DNA of 64,000 bases. It comes from Balamuthia mandrillaris (taxonomy: Eukaryota). The position numbers were made by a program, and so were the translations under genes. Location: positions 62,001 through 126,000 of the forward strand of contig JAVKOQ020000097.1 of NCBI GenBank assembly GCA_031835245.2. Reading direction: 5' to 3'. A model generated the notes under the pieces. The model was not told the origin of the DNA. It saw only the letters and a program-made list of their open reading frames with translations, and searched no databases. Each line of letters begins with the position of its first letter. Positions within the stretch are counted from its first letter, which is position 1. Below are positions 47,221-58,722 of the stretch, piece by piece.

Positions 47221-48404
47221 TTAGAGTGTACTAATGAAATCGTCTTCGGAAAGAGAGGTAACACCGACAGGCGAAGAAGCGGCCAACAAGGCAAAACACG
47301 AATCGCACACACGCACAAGGTCCGAAACGCCCAACTCTGGAATGCTGGAGTATTTGCTGGAGCATTCCCCACAGTACAAAAGACCGCACCGCCTACGTAT
47401 CACATCAAATTGTTAGAAATCATTACTCTCTGTCTCTCTGTCTCTCTCCTCCTCCTCCTCTCACGTTCTCCAGTTCTCCTCCCGTTCTTACCTGCAATGG
47501 TGCCGCTAAATCAAAAGCCAAGTCAGCAAGTCAGAAGAATGTGGAAAGAGAGAAAAAAAGAGAGAAAGGTACCCTTCTAAGCAGTGTAAAATAGTTTTTG
47601 CATTGGTTACAACAGGGAGTGGCAGTATCCGGTTGCCACATCGGTGACAAAGAGTTGCTGCTCAGCGGAGGTGATGGAGATGTTGTGTCTATCTCACCAG
47701 AAGAAGTGGCAGCTGCGATCGCAGCCTCTTCAAAGCTTACAGTCGGGGCGGAGTGAGTCTTTGGAACGAGCTGACTGTTCATATAACTTTGAACAGCGCT
47801 CAACTTTGTCCTATGGGCTAAGCATCTCGCTGTGATGAAGAAAAAGAGACAGAGAAGGAGGAAGAGCAGAGCATGTGATGAGAGAAAAAGTATAATAACG
47901 GAAAAGGAAGAGATGAAAGTGAGATAAAGAGAAAAAAGGGACCTAGAGAGATAAATAAATGATCAACGTTAAAATCAGCGGCACTGGAGACTGCAACCCA
48001 ATTTTGCAACTTGTTCTCTCGCACGTATTGCTGTGCGATCTGCTCATCATATTAAGTTAAAAAAACTCGTTGTTCAAAGAGAGAAGAGAAAGAAGAAGAA
48101 GAAGAAGAACAAGAAGAAGAAGAAGAAGAACAAGAAGAACAAGAACAAGAAGAGCAAGAACAAGAACAAGAAGAAGATCAAGAAGACAGAATTGAGAACT
48201 AAAGAAGAGCAAAACAACTTACCGAATGAGGAACAGCCAAAGAGGAAGCGGAAGAGAGGACACTCTCGGCGAGAGTATCGACCTGCGTTGCCACAAGAAA
48301 GATGACAGTCTCTGGCGGACAATGCTTTTTCACATGTTCCACCCAAAACCTACACCGTTGCTTTGGTAAAAAAAGTCAGGCAAATTGATGGAGAGAGAGA
48401 GAGA

Positions 48405-48442
<38 letters not shown>

Positions 48443-50487
48443 CCCAAGATGAAGCTTGGAAAGGTTTGTACATAACGACGGCTGCATCCATTCCTCGATA
48501 GTACATTGCAGACATTGAGTCAAAGCGTTGTTCTCCCGCTGTTTGTTGTTGTTAATTATTGTTGGTAAAAGCCCAGTTAATAAACGGAGCGAGAGAAGAG
48601 AGGCAGTGATATTACCTGTATCCCAAAGATCAAGGGTCACTCGATGTTTATCAATAAGCATTGTTTTATGCCAAAATAAAGCTAAAAGTGAGAACAGAAA
48701 AAAAAGAACTCAGTTACTATGATAAAACACACACACACACAAAAGTAAAAGAACAAACCACAATTGGCAGGAGGAACTCGCATCGGAAAAACGCCATCAC
48801 GCAACATGTAACAAAGCGAAGTCTTGCCAACTCCTTCCTCTCCTAACAGCACTATCTTGAAGGACAATTCTTTGCCCACTTTCCTTGCCACTCTAGTGTG
48901 TTTGCGAAGCAATCTTGCCTCTTCCAAAGCTTGCAGCAAGGGTGCGATGGCTTCTTCTTGCTCTTTCTCGTCCATCTCTTCGTCTTCCTCCACTTCTTCT
49001 TCTGCTTTGTATACTTCTGCGTTAGCCTTATTTTCTTCTGGACGTTTTGCTAGTGAAGAAAAAGATAATTTTCGAATGTAGTTTGCCCTCTTTTCATCTT
49101 TCTTTCCCGTTCCCCATCTTCGCCACCATTCATCTCTTCCTTTCCGTTCTTTACCTTTCTCCTTCTTCTTGTTATTCCCCTCTTTCTTTGTCTTAACTTT
49201 CGTGTTATTCTTCTCCTCTAGTCTCACATTCTGCTTTTGTTGTTTTTGTTGCTGTTGCTTTTGTTGTTGTTTCTTTTTCTTCCGAATTGACTCTTTGAGA
49301 AGAGAGATCAAACTTTGGAAAGCCTCTTCCTCATGTTGCTGATGTTGTTCGGTGACCGCTGAAACCAAGCACTCCAAACACTTTTGTTCGAGAGAGGGAA
49401 CACGATCACCTATACATCCTCCTCCCTTTCCTCCAAAGAGAAAAGCCTGTTCTTCAATCGAAGTTCTGCGATCAGCTGTTATCGATGATGTCGCTGATGA
49501 CGATGTGAAGAAGAACAAGTCTTCATCGTCATCCTCTTGTCCTACTCTTTTCCGATTATTAGTTATTGTTTCCCTTGTCGGTCGGGACAAAGCAAAACCA
49601 GGAGAAGATGCAGGTGTGAGAGAATGAGCAGCGGAAGGGGGAGGCGATGGAGATTTTGTGGGAGGAGAAGAAGAACGAGGAGAAACTTGTTGTTTTAGTT
49701 CTTTTGATAGAACTGGAGGTGGAGAGGCTCGTCTCGGTGAAGTGGAAGAAGGAGCAGATGGTGGTGCAACGGATGAAAACGAGGAGTTATGGGCGATAAT
49801 ACTACTTCCGTTTCTATCGTCAATATTACTTACTTTTTGTTGTTGTTGTTGTTGTTGCTTTTTGGTTTGATGTTGCTCAAGCAGTCGCACGAGGGAGGTA
49901 GTGGATGCTGAAGATGGAGAAGGAGCTCTGGTATTATTTTGTTTATCTTCCATTAACTTGGCAAGAGCGGAAGGTGTTCTTCCGGCTTTGTTGATGATGC
50001 TTGTGTCAACGTCAGGGTGAGAGAGAAGTTCTTGAAGGAGGCTAAAGTGGTTTTGTTTGACGGCTATGTGGAGTACTGTGTCTCCTCTTGAGTCCTTCTG
50101 GTTGATTGCTTCTCCCTATGTAGAAGACGAATAAGAAGAAAGGAGAAAGAAGTAGGAAGACAGGAAGAAAGCAAGCAGAAAGAGGGAGAGAGGGAGGGAG
50201 GGAGGAGGGAGGGAGGGAGGGAGGAGGGAGGGAGGGAGGGAGGGAGGGGAGGGAGGGAGGGGAGGGAGGGAGGGAGGGAGGGAGGGAGGGGAGGGGAGGG
50301 AGGGGGGGAGGGAGAGGGAGGGAGGGAGGGAGGGAGGGAGGAGGGAGGGAGGGAGGGAGGGAGGGGAGGGAGGGAGGGAGGGAGGGAGGGAGGGAGGGAG
50401 GGAGGGAGGGAGGGAGGGAGGGAGGGAGGGAGGGAGGGGAGGGAGGGAGGGAGGGAGGGAGGGAGGAGGAGGGAGGGAGGAGGGAGG

Positions 50488-50522
<35 letters not shown>

Positions 50523-51522
50523 AGACAGAAAGAACCTTTGGTAAATAAAGAAGAATGACCCGAAGCGTAGCCAAGTCTCCCCGAGCTACAACAGCGGAGA
50601 TTGGGCTCTCATCTCGCTTATTCCTTGCATGCAGTTGCTGCGGGAGATCTCGCAACACTTTCGGCAATGCATCTTTTTGTTTTTTTTGTAATAAGCAAAA
50701 CGTAACGAAAAGCAGAACACCAAAAACGAGTGTGACGGAACCGCCAGAAGAGGAAACGACAAGAAAGAAAGAGTAGAGAAGAAGAAGAAGAAGAAGAAGA
50801 AGAAGAAGAAGAAGAAGAAGAAGAAGAAGAAGAAGAAGAAGAAGAAGAAGAAGAACAAGAAGAAGAACAAGAAGAAGAACAAGAAGAAGAACAAGAAGAA
50901 GAACAAGAAGAAGAAGAACAAGAAGAAGAAGAACAAGAAGAAGAAGAAGAACAAGAAGAAGAATAAGAACAAGAACAAGAACAAGAACAAGAACAAGAAC
51001 TTACGGCAAGAAAGAAACGACAAAAAAAGAAAGAAAGAAAAGTAACAAACCGGAATTGTGGTTGTTGTCAACCGACAGCAACAACAGTCGCTCAACGCAG
51101 GTGGCCCTCTCCCTATCCCCAAACTGGGCCGCCAGGCAAAGAAAATGCAGCAAAGTGTTGCCGCTCTCCTCGTCCTTCCCGTTCTCCAAGAGGCGCTGCC
51201 ACTTGCTGCTGATGCCACCTTTCCTCTTCTTCTTTTGTTTGTGTTTCTTCTTGTTCTTTTTCCTGTGGTCCATCTCCCGTTGCTGTCGTTGTGGAGCTCC
51301 TTGGCTCGCTTCACCGCCTTCCTTGTCGTCGTCGTCGCCGCAGTGGTTCGGATGATTTCCATCATCTCCTTCCGAAGCTTGGGCTTTGGCTTGGGCTTCA
51401 ATCTCCTCCTCTAAGCTCCGGTGAAGCGTGTCGATGAGAGAGAGGACGAACCAGGGGCCTTTGTTCCCTTTCTTCAGCGCTTTCACGAGCTCCACGGTGG
51501 CTTCCGCCACGGCCCCAGCCAT
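47221..51522 (-). CDS. Ankyrin repeats + atypical Rab/Ras-like GTPase + C-terminal FYVE domain protein, multi-exon
   Basis: Ankyrin GNTLLHFL, RDESPISAVV, SRGDTVLHIAV and AGRTPSALA. GTPase FKIVLLGEEGVGKTSL, LDLWDTAGEQRF, MYYRG, FLVATQVD, AVSSA. FYVE WQPD...CNQC...RRRHHCRRCG...C..C...VRVCDSC. Confidence 0.85.
50182..50493. repeat. Intronic (GGGA)n polypurine tract
   Basis: About 310 bp of GGGA/GGAGG units in an intron of the ANK-Rab-FYVE gene, G-rich on the template strand. Confidence 0.9.
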
Positions 51523-51848
51523 GGCTTCCTGTTTGACCGGGTTAGCTTCTTTTTCTTCTTGTGGGGTTTTTTGTCGACTAAACCGTGTCGTCCCGACATG
51601 CAATGTCATGTCGTCATGATACAATTTCCGTGTCGTCGTGAATAATGTAACACAGAAAAATGAAACGCAGAAGGAGGGACGAAGAAGAAAGGAAAGCACT
51701 GACCTCCTCCAGGAAGGAACAGAGCTGCGCTTGTTGAACATCGTCGCGGAGACAACAACAACAACAAAGCCCGCTTCATCTTTCCCTCTTCCGTTGGAAT
51801 TGGCGTTAACCCAACTCCGCCACTGGTTGTGAAAACAACGCCTGTTGG

Positions 51849-52700
51849 ATAGAAGCTCTTCCGGATGAGTTGCTCTGCCTCACCTTTCATCACCTTCCCG
51901 ACAACATGCTTGCCGTGGCGGCTCGTGCCTGTCGCCGATGGTTCGCCTGCTGCCCGGCTGACCTTCGGCACCGCCTCTCCATCAGCTTCGCCTGCAGCAG
52001 CCCGGCCGCCCAGCAATGGGCTCTCGCCAACGGCTGCCCCCTGGATGAGAACTGCTGCGCCATGGCCGCTCGCCACGGCAACTTGGAGGTGCTGCGATGG
52101 CTGCGAGAGGGGAAAGGATGCCCTTGGGACATTCGCACTTGTAATATGGCTGCTGAAGGTGGCCACTTGGAAGTCCTTCAATGGGCTCGCTCTCCTTCTT
52201 CTGCTTCTTTGTTGACAAAGGAAGAAGAAGAGGAGGAAGGAGAGTTCGTTTGTCCTTGGGGACGAGCAACTTGTTGTATGGCAGCCAGAGGAGGTCACTT
52301 GGAGGTGCTGCAGTGGCTTCGAGAGAAAGGATGCCCCTGGGACGAATGGACCTGCGAGGAGGCCGCCCGTGGTGGCCACCTGGAGGTGTTGCAATGGTGC
52401 AAAGCGAATGGATGCCCTTGGGACTGGTGCACGCCCGTGGCGGCAGCCGAGAGGGGAGACCTTCCCATGCTGGAGTACATTTACAGCTGCCAGCAACAGG
52501 AAGAGCTGAACAGTTACAGCAGACAGCTTAAGCTGTGGCCAAGGAATGTTTGCGTGGCAGCAGCTGAGGGAGGACACCTGCCGGTGTTGCAATGGCTGAA
52601 AGGGTACGGCCTTTATTATGGCCGGGAAGATGATGGGGTCTGTGAGATAGCAGCAAACCGAGGGGACGTAGAGATGTTGGAGTGGCTCAAAAGTGGGTGA
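51849..52700 (+). CDS. F-box + ankyrin-repeat protein (GCPWD-type repeats), intronless; 5' end unresolved
   Basis: F-box IEALPDELLCLTFHHLPDNMLAVAARACRRW followed by repeats of GCPW(D)..TC..AA.GGHLEVLQW. An in-frame TAA upstream and no clear ATG suggest a frameshift or 5' decay. Confidence 0.75.
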   Translation: MEALPDELLCLTFHHLPDNMLAVAARACRRWFACCPADLRHRLSISFACSSPAAQQWALANGCPLDENCCAMAARHGNLEVLRWLREGKGCPWDIRTCNMAAEGGHLEVLQWARSPSSASLLTKEEEEEEGEFVCPWGRATCCMAARGGHLEVLQWLREKGCPWDEWTCEEAARGGHLEVLQWCKANGCPWDWCTPVAAAERGDLPMLEYIYSCQQQEELNSYSRQLKLWPRNVCVAAAEGGHLPVLQWLKGYGLYYGREDDGVCEIAANRGDVEMLEWLKSG

Positions 52701-52846
52701 ATGCTTCAGCAGCTGGAACAGGATGACGATGGAGCGAGTGCGGCCATGCGGCAGTGGTTGCAGCCAACAGCGTGGCGTGATTAGACTCGGTGGTGGGTTA
52801 GACTCGAGGGATAACACATGAATGAAGGAATAAAACTATTCCATTC

Positions 52847-53859
52847 TTAAGCCTTGCGCACAGGCGGCTCTACAGTAGCCGGAATGGCATCTTCAGGGAA
52901 AACATAAAGCTTGTCCACGAGCTCTCCTTTGTTGTTGTAAATAGCAGCTGCATCCCCTTTGTCGTTCCAGATGTAACGCTTGGTCCAGAGGAAGGAAGCG
53001 GGAGGGTTGTGACGGGGCTCGCTCTGACGACCGCTCCAAATGGCCACCGATTGACCCGGTTGCAACTGACAGTCTCTATCGGGTCCTCCGAAGAGGAAGT
53101 ATTGGTCTCCGACGACGCTCCTCAGGAACCATCCTTTTGGTGTTTTGAAAGAAGTGAGAAACACGGCATACGACAAAAGCAAGAAAGCGAAGAAAGAACC
53201 TGAAAGATCGACAACTTCGGAGGAATGGTTCAACAAGACAACACACTCTTCCTTCAGCAGCATCGACTGAATGATGACCTGCTCCTGGCGACTTGGAGGC
53301 GGCTGTTCCGTTCTCTCGTCCACCACTTCTCCTTGGGCGTTCTTAAGCACAGCTTTGTCCCCTTTGTCGTTCCAGATGTAACGCTTGGTCCAGAAGAAGG
53401 AAGAAGGCGGGTTGTGACGAGCCTCGTTGGCTCCGCCGGACCATATGGTAACGCTGCCTCCAGCTTTTTTGTTTCAGTTTTTTTGAAAAGTGAATAAACC
53501 ACAAAACAACAAAAAGTTCTTAAGGAAAAGGTGAATAGAAAGAAACCCTTTAGCACGAATTTTTCTTCAAAGACAAAGTTTTGGTTGCCTGTAACGCTTT
53601 GTAGGATCCAACCGGACAGGTCAACGTCTTCCAGGCCATCGTTGAGAAGGGTAACGCAGTCTCCCTTCAAGTCCAAGCTTATGATCCGAACGCCCGCCGC
53701 GGCGGCCGCTTTCTCTCCCTCGGACCTGGCCTTCTTTGTCGCTCCCGCCTCCTCCTGTTGCTCTTCCTCCTCCTTTTCTTTGTCCTTGGTTTGTGGACTC
53801 ACCACCACCTCCTCCTCCTCGTCGGAACGAGCTCTCTTCGTGCCTTGTGTTGTTGCCAT
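52847..53859 (-). CDS. Protein with two tandem lamin-tail (LTD, Ig-fold) domains and N-terminal NLS-like motifs, 3 exons
   Basis: TKRAR and TKKAR basic motifs; twice the LTD pattern V.L.N...VDLSGW.L.S..G.Q.F.F...L..G.SV.IWSG...W...IWNDKGD.A.(L/I).N..GE.VD. Confidence 0.82.
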
Positions 53860-54291
53860 TTGTTTTTTTTGCTCCCGCGGTAACGCTTTGTCGGCGTTTA
53901 ATATAGCGCAAAAATTTGAATAATGTGTGGAACGTGGAGAATGAATGGTATTTGAGTTATAATAAAATTCGTTACATGCCAAGCGTTCCACACATTCCAA
54001 ACATATTTTTCAATATACGCCCAGAGACGAAAACTACTATCGGTGGGGTATATGGATGGGTTGGCTTGACGAAGGAACTAAAACAACAACGGACGATGCC
54101 TTCGCCGCGAAACGGTGCAACTGAACGGACCGGTTGTTTCTCTATGTTTGGTTGTGAAAGAGAAAGAAAAGTAAATTCAATCTCACAAAAGAAACAGTGA
54201 AAACTCCATTTAACATCAATTGTTTATGTCTTTCGTTTAGAGACCGACGAGGCAACCTGGAATAAGAAAGACGAACAAAGAAGAAGAAAGG

Positions 54292-54436
54292 ATGGAGGTA
54301 CCACTCGTATCCGAAGAGCGATTAAGAGTGAGCCTTAGGTCGATGTGGCAATGGACCAAAGACATGGTGGACCCTTCCTCCCATCGCCTTTATTACGAGT
54401 TCGATCCCGTGCATGACCTCGGCCGACTGTTTGTTG

Positions 54437-54467
<31 letters not shown>

Positions 54468-55681
54468 GAAAAAAAGGAAAAAGAAGAAGAACTTACTGTC
54501 TTGAATTTTCAATCAAAACAAAGGAGTGACCAGTGTCCAATAAGAGACATCGGAGCCATCTATCAAACTGCTCTCCTTGGCAGCTACCTGCAAACGCATG
54601 AGCTCGACCCGTTGATTCGGTTGTGGATCGATCGTTACGTCCCTTCTTTTGTTGTCCCTTTGGAGAAGCCACGACAAAGGAAGGAAGCAGAAGGAGAGGA
54701 ACCGCCACTTCAACTTGACGCGGAAAGATTGGGAGAACCGGCTTCGATCGCTCATAGCGCGTTTATGATTCTGAGTTTGTTGACGTTCAAAGAAGAAGCA
54801 GAGAGAGGAGAGAGAAGAAGAGAAGCAGAAGGAGAAAGAAGAAGACGAAGAGAAAGAGAGATAGCTGTTGGATTAGCGAATGGAATTGTGAAGCAACAGA
54901 GAAGAGATGGCTCGTACAAAGTGTTCTTTGAGGAGGGAATGCCTGATGGGAGTGCGGTGCTTCTATATCCCGGTTGTTCCTCCGCTATCTTCTCATTTAT
55001 TGTTTCATGTCTTTTTTTTTCTTCGTTTCTGATGTTCTTTTTTCAGGAGAAGCAATGTTAGCCTTGATGGCGACGTACGAAGCAACCAAAGATGAAAAGT
55101 ACCTCCGCTCCGTGCAACACGCTCATCCCTTTTACAGCTCGTTGTTCCTGCAAGGCAAAGTCCCTTCCGACCATCTCATCTTCTTTGCTAATTGGTTCAG
55201 TCAAAGTTCTGCTCCGCTCTTCCAACATCTGCCTACGTTGAAAGACGGGCAAGAAGAAAGAGAAGAAGTGAAAAGAGTTGTGGTGAAGCTCTTTGATTAC
55301 ATCGTGGAGCGGGTTGGATACTTTGAGCGCGTGTCGCAGGCTCCAAACGAAATGGCAACCGTGGAGGTGGCTTGTGCTTTGGAAGGACTGGCGGATGCTT
55401 ATTTTGTTCTTTGCTCTCCATCAGGAGAAGAAGCAAGAGAAAAAGAGGAAGAAAGAAGAAGAAAAGAAAAGTGGAAAAGGAGTTGCGGTATTGCCATTCA
55501 CTTCTTGTTGATGGTTCAAAGGAAGGAAGATAAAGCAGAAAAAGGAGGAAAGAGTACGAATAAGAAAAGAGGAGCGGGCGGATTTGGACACATGTTACAG
55601 TATCCAAAGCAACGTGTGGACGTAACTGGGCATGTGCTCAGCGGCTTCATCAAGGTGATTGAGCACCGTGTTTTTGCCTGA
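54292..55681 (+). CDS. Uncharacterised alpha/alpha-toroid (six-hairpin glycosidase-like) protein, multi-exon
   Basis: LANGIVKQQRRDGSY, LYPGEAMLALMATYEATKDEKYL, FFANWFSQ, ACALEGLADAY, GGFG...QRVDVTGH. The fold assignment is inferred from the helical-repeat pattern. Confidence 0.6.
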
Positions 55682-55822
55682 TGGTTTGATATTGTGGTGT
55701 TCGAACGAGCAAAACTGTATAAGAAAATGCAACATTTCCCTACTTCTGTTAAACAAGTACATTGAATGAAATAAAAAGAACATAGTGAAGAAACATACAT
55801 ACACGCGCAGCCGATGCCAACG

Positions 55823-57349
55823 TTAACGTAAATGAGAATGCTGCCGATAACAGGAAAGAGTACAAAAGCGTCGCTCCGCCACAACATGTTTTGTTGCCAA
55901 AGGTACGTTGTGGTAAAGAACAAGCACTCTCTCCTCTCCAAAGAAAGGTTGTTTGCAGTAGAAGCATGTTCGTTTGTTGGATGATATCATCTCCTCTAGT
56001 TCTATCGGAAGAACTTCTCTTCTTTCCTCTTCTTCCTCCTTCTCCTCCTCTTCTAGTTCTTCGTCTTCTTGTTCTTCTTCTTCTTGTTGTTCTTCTTCTT
56101 CTTCTTCGTCTTCTTTTTTTGAAGTTGCTGATTGTTTTGCACTTGCTCGTTGACGAGAGACGCAAGTTAGACATAAGTCCAACAATGAAGTCATGAAAAA
56201 GTGAGCAGAACGAACTTGAGGAGAAGATGATGACGACGAAGCAGACGAAGGAGCAAGTCTAAAAAAAGAAGATGGTGGGGAAGTAGTTGCTGAAGCAGAA
56301 GGAGAAGGAGAAGGAGGTGGAGCCCAAGGATTGCCCTCAAGGTCGAGATAGCAAGAAGTGCTCGCAAGCAATTCAACGAGACTATATGGTAATGCTTGGA
56401 GCTGGTTGTTGGCGAGCCATAAGGCCTTTAGCTCTTCCATTTGGGGACCCAGCTCTGGTGGCAAACGAGAAATACTGTTATTTGCGTTGTTAATTTATTT
56501 TAACGACGAGAATCCAGAAAAAAAAAACTACAAGAAAGAACGAAAACAAACGGACGAAAGCAACACACAACAAAGTGAAGAAACAGAGACGACGCAGGAG
56601 AAATAATAAGAGAATGTACATTCTCAAAAAAAAAACAAACAAAACAACACACAACACGGAACAAAACAAACGAAAACCAAGTGATAAGAACGAAACAACG
56701 AAGAAACCAAATAAAAAAGAAAAAGAAAGAGAAAAGAAAACCTGTTGTTGGCCAAGGACAAACGAACGAGGCTGGTCAAGCGGCCGAGTTCCTTGGGCAC
56801 CTCCGTCAACATATTATCGTTGAGCTTCAACCTCTTCAAGGCGCTCAGCTGCCCGATTTCTGGCGGTACTTCCCTCAACCTATTATCATCCACGTAAAGG
56901 AGCTCCAAATTAGGTAAGTATCCGACCTGAGGGGGCAAATGATCTAATCTGTTCTTAGATAAGATCAGATTCCGAAGTGACGTCAGCCGAGAGAGCGAAG
57001 AAGGCAGCGAGCGGATGAGGTTCTGGCGAAGGTAGAGGTTTTGGAGGTTGGGCAGCGAGAAGAGCTCGTCGGGGAGCTGGGAGAGGCGGTTGGAGTGCAG
57101 GTGGAGGTGAAGCAGGTTGGAGAGGCGGCCGATCTCCGGCGGCAGCGCGCTCAGCTGTGTGCTGATGATGTACAGATATTGGAGGGAGGTGAGGCGGCCG
57201 AGCTTCGGCGAGACGGAGGTCAAGCGAGAGAAGACGGAGAGGTCCAGCCCGATTTCCTTTTGGTCGAGGACGCGGTCCATGAGCGCTTCCTCTGCCTCCC
57301 ATTCTCGTTGCTCTCCAGCGCCCCCGCCTGCTTCCTTCTCTTCCTGCAT
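55823..57349 (-). CDS. Leucine-rich repeat protein with C-terminal Cys motif, multi-exon
   Basis: Repeated LxxLxLxxNxLxxLP.EIG units, then LDLEGNPW, SLLDLC, and CFYC...FCTLSC. Confidence 0.88.
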
Positions 57350-57670
57350 CCTCACGTCGTCCTTGTTTGTTTTTTATTCTGTCGACAGATTTTCACGTCG
57401 ACATGATAGCAGATTCTCTTTCATTTTTCCATCGTTTCTCGTTTTCCTTTATACATCCTAGCAAAGAAGGTTCTCTCTCTTTCTTCCGTCCTTTCCTCGA
57501 TCTCCTTTTGTTTCTTGCTTTGTACTTTCTATTTTCTTTGCTCGTCGCTTTCTTTCTTTCACGTCCTTTTCTTGCTTTTTCTTTAGGCAGGAGCGTCAAT
57601 CTTCTCGTGTTTGTTTTACTGTACACGTCCGCCTTCGGCCTCTCCAACCTTTGTTTTCGGTTCTTGTGTG

Positions 57671-57892
57671 TCAAAGGTCATCCAGCAACAGCGTTACTAC
57701 CAAATCTACGTCCTGGTTCCGTGGTTAAACAAACACGAAACACGAAACAAGAAAAGCAAAACGGTTACAAGCGGAAGGAAGCATAAGCGTGAGAAGAAAA
57801 AGAGAAGCCACTTACGCCATGGTGAGCAGCAAGCAACTCTTTAATCCGGTTGACATTTGCTTGTGGCAATATCGCTTGGACTTGCTGCACTC

Positions 57893-57950
<58 letters not shown>

Positions 57951-58682
57951 TTCATCTTCATCATCTTTGTCTACTGCTTTCTCCTCTCTCGTTCTTCTGT
58001 TTACCACCTTAATGCTTGCTTCTGTTTCTTGTTTGGTGTTCGTTGTTGTGGAGACAAGGAGATAGTCGATGGAGCGCTCGAGGTCGCCAGAGCATTGCAT
58101 GACCACCGTCAACAGCTCGGAGAGAGCGAGGGAAGGGAAGAGAGGTTGCAGCTGCAAAATGGTGGCTTCGTGCTTCCGGTATTCCTTTTGGCGGTCCACA
58201 ACGACAGAAGCTTTGTTGTTGGATGGGTTTGTTGTCGTGGAGAGCATGGTGGAGAAAGCAGAAGCAGCGGAAGGATCAAACGGTTCGCCACAGGAGATAA
58301 AGAGAATGTCGTCGTGAAGCACTTCTATTTTATGGAGAACGAGAGAAGTTGAGAAGAAGAAGAAGAAGAAGCAGAAGAAGAAAAAGGAGAAAAAGATGAA
58401 TAAGATGGAGAACGAGGGCAAGCACAGCGTCCAACCTTCAGTGCACTCCACTTCACCGCCTTGCATCGTGAAAGCATATTTCGGCTCTTCGGTCAGCTGG
58501 AGCTGCCTACCAGCCTCCTTCAAAAACGCCCCAAAGTCCACCAGCAGCGCCACGCGAGCGGACGCCACGAACGCGGCGTTGCCCCCTTTTTCCTCCTTCC
58601 TGTTCGCAAACACCCTCACCCACACCTCTTCCCCCATTGCCTCTTCTGCGTCGAAATCTTGTTCTGGTTTGCTTTGATTCAT
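57671..58682 (-). CDS. KHA/doublecortin-like ubiquitin-fold domain + two CUE/UBA-like domains, multi-exon
   Basis: FLKEAGRQLQL...YAFTMQGGEV...EVLHDDILFISCGEPF; CUE-like LQPLFPSL...CSGDLERSIDYLL and VQAILPQ...AAHHG|DVDLVVTLLLDDL* (TGA at 57671). Start may be 58682 or the downstream Met (MGEEVW). Confidence 0.65.
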
Positions 58683-58722
58683 GACGACATGAAATCTTTC
58701 ACTCTAGTAACCGTGACGACAC
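58680..58722. promoter_or_regulatory. CATGACGACATG plus GTGACGACAC in the divergent promoter of the CUE and rhomboid genes
   Basis: Exact 12-mer at 58680-58691 and a related site at 58713-58722. Confidence 0.5.

Noticed and set aside
14423..52817. Long antisense ORFs (14423..15301, 40377..41786, 51606..52817, 25583..26452)
   Set aside because: They are shadows of GC-rich coding sequence on the opposite strand and have no domain signal.
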